From assembly GCA_964599625.1 (NCBI GenBank), contig CAZRGC010000002.1:7883-71882 (forward strand): a DNA stretch of 64,000 nucleotides. Reading direction: 5' to 3'. Positions 57,106 to 64,000 of this stretch are shown in pieces. Source of the stretch: an uncultured Gammaproteobacteria bacterium. Its GTDB lineage: Bacteria; Patescibacteriota; Microgenomatia; UBA8517. The position numbers and the translations under genes are program-made. The first letter of the stretch is position 1, and each line of letters opens with the position of its first letter. The notes under the pieces were generated by a model, which saw only the letters and a program-made list of their open reading frames with translations, did not search any database and was not told where the DNA came from.

Positions 57106-58278
57106 ATGAAAGTTAAAGTTTTATCCTTATTGATTGCAACGATTTTGGTTTGGTTTTTTTGGAATAATGACAGATTGCACCCAAACCTTAATTTAGGTAT
57201 ACAAAAATGCAAATCCGAAAAAAACCAAATTTGTTACAAGGATCTGATAATAAAGGTTTTTAATAAAACCGGGTTGGATGCGTCTTTGGACCTTGTAGAA
57301 AAAATCTATTCCATCGATTCTTCGTTTTCTTCTGTTTGTCACGATGTGGGTCATGTACTGGGGGCAGAAACTTATAAATTGTTTAAGTCGGGTAAAAATT
57401 TCAAAGTTACACCCAAAGTGGCATTTTGTTCATATGGGTTTTATCACGGATTTATGGAATATCTTGCGGCAGAAGGTGATGTTGAAAAAGCCAGAGATTT
57501 TTGCAGATACGTTGACGCTCAGGTGGCCAAAGTAACCCCTGATGCATCGCTTCAATGCTATCACGGTATTGGCCACGGATGGGTGAATATTCATGGAGAC
57601 AAAACACTTTTGGGTGACGATGTGGGAATAGTAAAAAAAGGTCTTTCACTTTGTGAAAAGGTTGCATCAAATGAGTCTGAATTAAGCAGATGTGCAACTG
57701 GGGTTTTTAATGGTATCGCTATTTTCTACGAGTCGGGTGAATATGACCTCCAAATCAAAAAAGACGATCCTATGTGGATTTGCAAAAGGGTTGATAAAAA
57801 ATTCGAAGATGCGTGTTATGTAAGTATGAATACAGTTTTGTTTGCAGTTACTGGGCAGGACTTTGCAAAATCAGCAAAGTACATTGAAGGAATAAAGGAC
57901 GATATGGTTGCATCCCATGCCATGATAAATTTGTCACTTCCTTTTAGTTTGGCGGAAATGGACAAGGTTGATCATTCTCGAAGCATTGCTGTATGCAGAG
58001 GTTTACAACCCAGGTTGACGGTCCCATGTTTGCAGGGTTTTGCCTTTGCGTACATGGAGCATGGTGAACCAGGGAAAGAATATCTTAAGGCAACCGGTTT
58101 TTGCAAAGATAATGGTTTGACTCCGGCAGAAGAAAAGGGTTGTTTGGGATACATTTATGGTTACATGGCACAGTGGTATCCTGCCGACAAGGCGTATGCA
58201 ATTTGCAAGGACGAAGGTGACTACTCCACATATTGTTCACAAAAGGTAGAAGAGGGTTTGGAAGGACTAGGAAAATGA
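57106..58278 (+). CDS. Cys/His-rich repeat protein, family A paralog 3
   Basis: ATG 3 nt after the A-2 stop (the ORF track starts at TTG 57100); CHDVGHVLG, CSYGFYHGFM, CYHGIGHGWVN. Confidence 0.65.
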   Translation: MKVKVLSLLIATILVWFFWNNDRLHPNLNLGIQKCKSEKNQICYKDLIIKVFNKTGLDASLDLVEKIYSIDSSFSSVCHDVGHVLGAETYKLFKSGKNFKVTPKVAFCSYGFYHGFMEYLAAEGDVEKARDFCRYVDAQVAKVTPDASLQCYHGIGHGWVNIHGDKTLLGDDVGIVKKGLSLCEKVASNESELSRCATGVFNGIAIFYESGEYDLQIKKDDPMWICKRVDKKFEDACYVSMNTVLFAVTGQDFAKSAKYIEGIKDDMVASHAMINLSLPFSLAEMDKVDHSRSIAVCRGLQPRLTVPCLQGFAFAYMEHGEPGKEYLKATGFCKDNGLTPAEEKGCLGYIYGYMAQWYPADKAYAICKDEGDYSTYCSQKVEEGLEGLGK

Positions 58279-59435
58279 AAAAGCTATATATTGCCGTCGG
58301 TTTAATTGTGTTCTCCTTTGTAATGTTTGTTGGCGATTTTCCGGTTCCAAAACCTTCTTTGGATAAGGTGGCTTTCTCAGTTATAACACTTTGTTCAGGC
58401 TCAAGCTTCAAACCAACTTGTTACGAAGAAGAAATACCAAAACTTATGGACCACCTTTCTATGGAGGATACGTTCGCCGTTACAGAATTAATACAAAGCC
58501 AGGTTACCGACTTTCCATATTGTCATGTTTTGGGGCATAAAGTCGCAAGTCTTGAGACAAAAAAAGATCCATCAAAATGGAAGAGTGTTATGGCAAGATG
58601 CCCCAGGGGAACTTGCTCCAATGGTTGTGTGCACGGAGCGTTCCAGGAAAGATATAAGTACGAAAACCTAAGTGCTCAGGACCTGTTGGCCGCCAAAAAA
58701 GACTTTGAGACTGTTTGCGAAAAAAGTGACTCTTTCGACCCTACAGGACTTGAGCAAGGAAGCTGTTACCATGCACTGGGCCATTTGATGATGTATTTAA
58801 CAAATGCTGACATAGAAGCTTCAGTTGATGCTTGCGACGAGGTTGCCAAAAAATCCGACGGGCGGGACTTTACAAATGTCTGTTATGCAGGCGCCTTTAT
58901 GCAGATTTTTCAGCCTTTGGATACTGACGATTTGGCGCTAGTCAAAAAGTTTGTGATAAGTCAGGATAATGCCTGGGGTTTTTGTTCAGGTTTTCCCGAT
59001 AAAAAAAGAAACTCTTGCTGGGAAGAATCTTGGCCACTCTTTCTTGAAAAAATTAGCATAGGGCGCGGGTTAATTGATTTTTGTTCGAAGTTGGGTAGTG
59101 GGGCGCAAAAGTGTACTAGAGACCTTTTATACATTATGCCAATTCAGTTCAGATTCAACCTTAATGCCATATCTAACTACTGTGCTAACTTACCAGGGGA
59201 TTACAGAGGAATGTGTTTTGCCATGACCGCCTCCAGAATTTTGGAGATTGACAGGAGAAACGGCGAGAAAGCTGTAAGTTTTTGTGTATCACTGGAGTCC
59301 AAAGATAAAGATGTCTGTTTGAATCAGGTTATAAAAGATGCGGAATTTGATTTCAACAAAAGTTCCCCGGAATATATCGGAATTTGTACAATTATGCCCG
59401 AACCCTGGAAAGGAAAATGTTTAAGATATGAATAA
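58275..59435 (+). CDS. Cys/His-rich repeat protein, family A paralog 4
   Basis: ATGA overlap with A-3; start MKKLYIAVGLIVF; CHVLGHKVAS, CSNGCVHGAFQ, CYHALGHLMMY. Confidence 0.65.
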   Translation: MKKLYIAVGLIVFSFVMFVGDFPVPKPSLDKVAFSVITLCSGSSFKPTCYEEEIPKLMDHLSMEDTFAVTELIQSQVTDFPYCHVLGHKVASLETKKDPSKWKSVMARCPRGTCSNGCVHGAFQERYKYENLSAQDLLAAKKDFETVCEKSDSFDPTGLEQGSCYHALGHLMMYLTNADIEASVDACDEVAKKSDGRDFTNVCYAGAFMQIFQPLDTDDLALVKKFVISQDNAWGFCSGFPDKKRNSCWEESWPLFLEKISIGRGLIDFCSKLGSGAQKCTRDLLYIMPIQFRFNLNAISNYCANLPGDYRGMCFAMTASRILEIDRRNGEKAVSFCVSLESKDKDVCLNQVIKDAEFDFNKSSPEYIGICTIMPEPWKGKCLRYE

Positions 59436-60921
59436 ATTAAACATTTTTTTGATTGTTTTGTTGGCCTTACTAATATTTACAGTCCCAAAACATATCCCCA
59501 AAAACCATACTATTGTTTATGACGATAAGGGATACTCTCCGTCAGAGATTACTATAAATAAGAACGATAAGGTAACATTTGCTGGCAAAAGCCAGCATGT
59601 TTTTTGGCCCGCCTCAAATCCGCACCCAAACCACACTAACTTTCCTGATTTTGATTCCAAAAAAGGGATAAAACCTCCTGAGACGTGGAGTTTTACATTC
59701 AGAAAAGCAGGTGTGGTTACTTATCATGATCATCTAGACCCTGCATACAGGGGGAAAATAAGCGTTAAGGAGACAAATGTATTTTTTTGGTTGTATGCAA
59801 AGACTGCCGATTTTTTAAGACTTAATTTTTCGAAGCACAATGATAAATATTTAGAAAATGTTGCAAAGCTTTGTACAGGAAACGAATGGGAAGATAGAAA
59901 AAATCTTATAGATTGCTGGAGTAAATACTTCTCCGGTTTGGAAAAAGACTTCGGTCCAAAAGAGGCATTGTCAGTTCTAAATACTCTTACCGGAAAAGGG
60001 AAAATTTCGTTATCTGATTGCCATAACTATGCGGACCAAATTGGATCAGATGCTTACTGGAGTGAGGTTTCTGGTAGAAAATTCAAAATAGATAAAAGTT
60101 TTGGAATTTGCAGCCATGGCTTCTTTCATGGCTATATGTTGGAGCATGTGAGTCATGGTCAGGATTTTGAAGCGTCTTTCAAACTATGCGACGAGACCTC
60201 CGGGTTAAGCGAATCAATGGCAAGGGAGTGCTATGTTGGTGCGGGTAATGGTCTTATGTATTACTACTGGAGTAACTTGGGGAATGATTTGCTTAAAATA
60301 GTTCAAAACTCAAAACTTATTTGCGCCAAGACTGGCGACAACAAAGACAACTGTATTTACGGGATTTATGGAGGAATGGAGCATCTATATCTCAAAATCC
60401 ATGGCTCAGATTTCTCAGTGAACCAAACCGACCCTTTTTTTGTTTGTATACGGGAAAGTGAAAATAAATATAAACCCTATTGTTACGAAAAGACTGTCAG
60501 ACCTCTCTTTTCTGATTTGGGATTCGATGTTGTAAAGATTGCATCTTGGATTTCAAAAATTGGAGATTTTGAAATAATGAAGGCCGAAGCAAAAAATATT
60601 GGCAACTTTGTGAGTCAGTTTTGGATCTATAAGTCGCAAGAGGACCTTTTAATGTCTATTGGGAAGTGCAAGGTTTTTACCGGGATCTTGTACAACTCTT
60701 GCGTTGAAGGTGTTTTTGAGGGTATTTTTTCAAATCTTCTTGCCTCCCAAAAAATAAGTGATTTTGATTGTGAGATGGATAGACTGACTGCAGTTGACAA
60801 ACAAATTTGCAAATCAAAGAAAATTGAATCTGAAAATTCAGTAAAAACTGATCTATTGCAAACCCAAAAACACCATTTTGTTTTGAGTTGGGTATACAAA
60901 AATATTATGACTTTTGTGTGA
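59428..60921 (+). CDS. TM-anchored cupredoxin-like domain plus Cys/His-rich repeat protein, family B paralog 1
   Basis: 8-nt overlap with A-4 (tATGAATAAAt); FWPASNPHPNHTNF ... YHDHLDPAYRGKISV; then DCHNYADQIG, ICSHGFFHGY, ECYVGAGNGLMYYYW. Confidence 0.7.
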   Translation: MNKLNIFLIVLLALLIFTVPKHIPKNHTIVYDDKGYSPSEITINKNDKVTFAGKSQHVFWPASNPHPNHTNFPDFDSKKGIKPPETWSFTFRKAGVVTYHDHLDPAYRGKISVKETNVFFWLYAKTADFLRLNFSKHNDKYLENVAKLCTGNEWEDRKNLIDCWSKYFSGLEKDFGPKEALSVLNTLTGKGKISLSDCHNYADQIGSDAYWSEVSGRKFKIDKSFGICSHGFFHGYMLEHVSHGQDFEASFKLCDETSGLSESMARECYVGAGNGLMYYYWSNLGNDLLKIVQNSKLICAKTGDNKDNCIYGIYGGMEHLYLKIHGSDFSVNQTDPFFVCIRESENKYKPYCYEKTVRPLFSDLGFDVVKIASWISKIGDFEIMKAEAKNIGNFVSQFWIYKSQEDLLMSIGKCKVFTGILYNSCVEGVFEGIFSNLLASQKISDFDCEMDRLTAVDKQICKSKKIESENSVKTDLLQTQKHHFVLSWVYKNIMTFV

Positions 60922-62362
60922 CGATGACCATATGAAGCGATTAATAAATAAAGTTATTTTAATAGTTGTTTTGCTTTTGGGTTTTGGGTTTTTATATCTA
61001 AACTTCATGACTGTAAGTGTAAAACTTACCAGCTCGGGGTTTGTGCCAATCTATACAACAATCCTCAGAGGACAGAGTGTTACTTTTTCTTCAGACATCA
61101 ATAAAACTTTTTGGCCGGCGAGCGACCCTCACCCTAACCATACAAATTTTTCTGCCTTTGACCCAAAAAAGGGAATAACACCCGGAGAAAGTTGGAAATT
61201 TAAGTTCGATAACTCCGGCACTTTTCAATACCATGATCATTTGGACCCGAGGTTTAGGGGGGTAATTACGGTTCTGGAAACCAACCCGCTCAGTTATTTT
61301 GCTAATACCTTAGCAAAAATTTATAAATCAAAATTTATCAAACTGGATGAAAATTACGCTAAAGATAAAATTAATTTGTGTAGCAAAAAACCAGGACGTG
61401 TTTACTACATGGAGTGTTGGTCTAATGTTTTTTCCGAACTAGTGAGGGACTGGGGTGCCGGCGATGCAATGAGGGTTTTGTCTGTGGTTAACAAAAACGC
61501 AAAAATGACGGTTGGCGACTGCCATCTGATTGCTGACCAAATCGGTACGGACGCATACTGGCAGTATATTTCAGGGAAGAAGTTTGATGAAGAGGTTGAC
61601 TTCTCACTTTGCGATTATGGCTTCTTTCATCATTTTATGTCTGAACATGTGAGTCATGGACAGAACTTCAAAGGGTCGGAGGAGTTTTGTAAATCATTAA
61701 AGGAAGGCCTTGTAGCCCAATGTTATCTCGGGATGGGTAATGGACTCTCATATTATTTTTGGAACTTGTTTCCAACAGACGCGGACAAGATAGTTAAAAA
61801 TTCACTGGAGGTGTGCGAAAAACTTTCGCAAAATAAAGATGAGTGTGTCTTTGGAGTTTATAGCGGTATTGACCATATTTATGAAGGTCAACACGGGTCG
61901 GAGTTGACAATTAACCTTTCTGATCCATTCTCGTTTTGCAGAAAACAAAAAAACGTTATTTATCAAAAATCTTGCTATGAAAGAATGGTTCCTTCTATGG
62001 CATATGCATTAAACAACGACGTAAGCGAGAGTGCGGGATATTTGGTTGGGAAAATATCAAAAATGCCACTATACGCACAGAAAGAGGCTTTGAGGCGTTT
62101 GGGAATTATGTTGTCGGAAGAAGAAGCTGTTAAGGAAAATTCAGACATTGTAAAGCCAATAGCTATTTGCAGGCGATTTTTTAACAAAATAAGGAATGAA
62201 TGCGAATGGGGTGTATTTTATAATATATTTGAAAACTCAAAACTGCCGTCAGATAAGTTTTACAGTGTTGATTGCGAGACTTTTGACCTGTCAAATAAGA
62301 TTGAATTAGAAAATTGCACTAATGCAGGAATTTCGGCATTTGGTAAACCTATAAATGAATAA
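60914..62362 (+). CDS. family B paralog 2
   Basis: FWPASDPHPNHTNF ... YHDHLDPRFRGVITV; DCHLIADQIG, CDYGFFHHFM, CYLGMGNGLSYYFW; true start may be ATG 60932. Confidence 0.7.
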   Translation: MCDDDHMKRLINKVILIVVLLLGFGFLYLNFMTVSVKLTSSGFVPIYTTILRGQSVTFSSDINKTFWPASDPHPNHTNFSAFDPKKGITPGESWKFKFDNSGTFQYHDHLDPRFRGVITVLETNPLSYFANTLAKIYKSKFIKLDENYAKDKINLCSKKPGRVYYMECWSNVFSELVRDWGAGDAMRVLSVVNKNAKMTVGDCHLIADQIGTDAYWQYISGKKFDEEVDFSLCDYGFFHHFMSEHVSHGQNFKGSEEFCKSLKEGLVAQCYLGMGNGLSYYFWNLFPTDADKIVKNSLEVCEKLSQNKDECVFGVYSGIDHIYEGQHGSELTINLSDPFSFCRKQKNVIYQKSCYERMVPSMAYALNNDVSESAGYLVGKISKMPLYAQKEALRRLGIMLSEEEAVKENSDIVKPIAICRRFFNKIRNECEWGVFYNIFENSKLPSDKFYSVDCETFDLSNKIELENCTNAGISAFGKPINE

Positions 62363-63632
62363 ATACAAAAAAATAGTGTTTGTTTTAGTTTTTTTTGCAT
62401 TATCTTTGGGCACTATAGTTGTATACCAGCATCTAAATAAAAGCAGAACCGCAAAAGATTTTGAAATTGTTTACACAAGTGATGGTTTTGTCCCACAAGA
62501 CATAGTGATAACAAAAGGAGACCGAGTAATATTTAAAAATAACTCCGACCGTCCCTTTTGGCCAGCAAGTGATCCTCATCCGCTGCATTCAATTTACCCA
62601 CAGTTTGATCCCAAGCGCCCAATAGAATCGGGTGAAAGTTGGGCTTTCATTTTTCCCAAAACTGGTGAATGGAAATTTCATGACCATTTGTTTCCTGTGA
62701 ACAGAGGCCTTGTAAATGTTTTAGACCCTAAAGATGTCAAAGATCCTGCAACGGCCCTTAAAAGAGATGAAGTGGAAAAACTTATCGAAAAAAAAGGAGT
62801 GGAAAATGCGTATAAGCATCTAAAAACTATTTATGATCCTGCAACCGCCGCCGCGCATTCCACTTTTCATTTGTTTGGTGAGGTCTTATATCAAAAATTT
62901 TCAGTAAATGGTATTGAATATTGTGACGGCTTTGCAGGTTTTGGGTGTTATCACGGACATTTTATAAAGGCGGTAGCTGAAAAGGGTGTGGAGATTGCAA
63001 TTGAGCTGGATAAGGTTTGTTTGGCCAAGTTTGGTGAAAAAGGTTTGGGTTGTCCACATGGGATAGGCCATGGTCTTTTGGAATATTTTGGGCACGGAAA
63101 AATAACTGAAGCACTTGAGATATGCAAAAAGCTTACTTGGAAAGGGCCCTTGTTTGGTTGTTCCGGCGGTGTGTTTATGGAAAACAACTTTCCCACAGTT
63201 TTTGAAAAAGATGGAGCAAGAAGAGTATCAACCAGAGAAGCTCACGGAAATCTGTTTCAACCTTGCATAGATGCGCCAGTTGGCTATAAACAAGCATGTT
63301 ATTTTGAACAAGCTTCTTGGTGGAACGATGTTTTGAAACGTGATTCCCAAAAAATCGGAAACTTTTGCAACTCGCTTAAAGACCAGAGTGAGAACGAGAG
63401 TTGTTTATTGGGCGCAGGAAATTCAATTGCAGAGATTTCAGAATATAATGCCAACGAAGTTGCTCAGTATTGCAAGTCTGTCCCGGGTAACAAATCGATA
63501 GCGCTGTGTAGAGCCGGTGCTGCTTGGGCTTTTTTTGCTAATCCTGCAAAGAGAGAAATCTCAAAAACATTGTGCCAGGGTTTGGGTAATTTCGAGGATT
63601 TGTGTTTGTCTAAGATGATGATTGTAAAATAG
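62355..63632 (+). CDS. family B paralog 3
   Basis: Same junction tATGAATAAAt; FWPASDPHPLHSIY ... FHDHLFPVNRGLVNV; CYHGHF, CPHGIGHGLLEY. Confidence 0.7.
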   Translation: MNKYKKIVFVLVFFALSLGTIVVYQHLNKSRTAKDFEIVYTSDGFVPQDIVITKGDRVIFKNNSDRPFWPASDPHPLHSIYPQFDPKRPIESGESWAFIFPKTGEWKFHDHLFPVNRGLVNVLDPKDVKDPATALKRDEVEKLIEKKGVENAYKHLKTIYDPATAAAHSTFHLFGEVLYQKFSVNGIEYCDGFAGFGCYHGHFIKAVAEKGVEIAIELDKVCLAKFGEKGLGCPHGIGHGLLEYFGHGKITEALEICKKLTWKGPLFGCSGGVFMENNFPTVFEKDGARRVSTREAHGNLFQPCIDAPVGYKQACYFEQASWWNDVLKRDSQKIGNFCNSLKDQSENESCLLGAGNSIAEISEYNANEVAQYCKSVPGNKSIALCRAGAAWAFFANPAKREISKTLCQGLGNFEDLCLSKMMIVK

Positions 63633-63633
63633 A

Positions 63634-64000
63634 ATGGCGATATCCTCCAAATATTCTTTTAAGTTGATTGCTGCTGTTTTGGTTATCTCGGCAGTCTTTG
63701 TTTTGTATAGAAAAGCTCCTGAAAACACAAGTGTTCAATATAATAAGGAAGGGTTTAGCCCCAAAATAGTTACGATAAACAAAGGAGATGTGGTTACATT
63801 TATAAATAGTTCCGGACTTTCGTTTTGGCCCGCAAGCGATCTTCATCCGTCACATCTTGTTTACCCCGAATTTGATAGCAAAAGCGCACTGCCTTCAGGA
63901 CAAAGTTGGTCATTTGAGTTTAACAAAATTGGAAAATGGGCGTTTCATGATCATCTGGATCCAACAAAAATTGGAACAGTTGTTGTTAAAGGGTTTCCGG
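63634..64000 (+). CDS. family B paralog 4 (5' part; runs off the window end)
   Basis: MAISSKYSFKLIAAVLVISAVFVLY TM; FWPASDLHPSHLVY ... FHDHLDPTKIGTVVVKG. Confidence 0.65.
   Translation, partial: MAISSKYSFKLIAAVLVISAVFVLYRKAPENTSVQYNKEGFSPKIVTINKGDVVTFINSSGLSFWPASDLHPSHLVYPEFDSKSALPSGQSWSFEFNKIGKWAFHDHLDPTKIGTVVVKGFP

Noticed and set aside
1-64000. CRISPR arrays, rRNA genes, transposases or integrases
   Set aside because: No regularly spaced direct repeats with unique spacers were seen. The window holds no rRNA-like conserved sequence and no DDE or tyrosine-recombinase motifs in any ORF.

Overview
The window is low-GC (roughly 35-40% by eye) and gene-dense, with many small membrane or secreted proteins, giant surface proteins and no biosynthetic operons. 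It looks like an accessory, cell-surface region of a small-genome bacterium, and a Candidate Phyla Radiation / Patescibacteria-like origin is my inference, not a result. All calls below rest on reading the sequence and recalling family motifs; no HMM or BLAST searches were run. Recognisable housekeeping genes are radA (1493-2815), rho (12812-14122), a LysM/M23 peptidase, a class-E-like sortase, a GT2 glycosyltransferase with a large polytopic membrane partner, tRNA-Ala(CGC), and a Tat translocase locus. The Tat locus has tatC flanked by three tatA paralogs on the minus strand plus a fourth tatA 3 kb upstream. The accessory content has six parts:
(i) Three or four mosaic paralogous giant Ser/Thr/Gly-rich beta-helix (tail-fibre/adhesin-like) proteins. 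Each is coupled to a double-Cache sensor histidine kinase and a stand-alone REC response regulator. An orphan kinase-less Cache sensor, a methyltransferase and a glycosyltransferase lie alongside (29.7-45.7 kb).
(ii) A tandem, translationally coupled array of at least nine paralogous secreted Cys/His-rich proteins in two subfamilies. One subfamily carries an N-terminal cupredoxin-like domain in which the Cys ligand is replaced and four His are conserved (52.7-64 kb). This is the strongest candidate for an undescribed system. It lies about 2.7 kb from a VKOR-family disulfide-bond oxidoreductase, a polytopic membrane protein, an LRR protein and a Hint/bacterial-intein-like-domain protein.
(iii) An Avd/23S-rRNA-IVS-like four-helix-bundle gene bracketed by a family of short inverted repeats (core AGTGATTAGGG). 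The repeats also delimit neighbouring cassettes.
(iv) A tRNA-Ala with a tandem duplicate of its 3' end plus a palindrome, next to a Fic-family gene with a degenerate active-site motif.
(v) G+C-rich islands (5.7-6.4 kb and 10.2-12.5 kb) suggesting horizontal acquisition.
(vi) A highly structured 600-nt intergenic region upstream of the sortase gene.
No CRISPR array, rRNA, reverse transcriptase, integrase or transposase was found.
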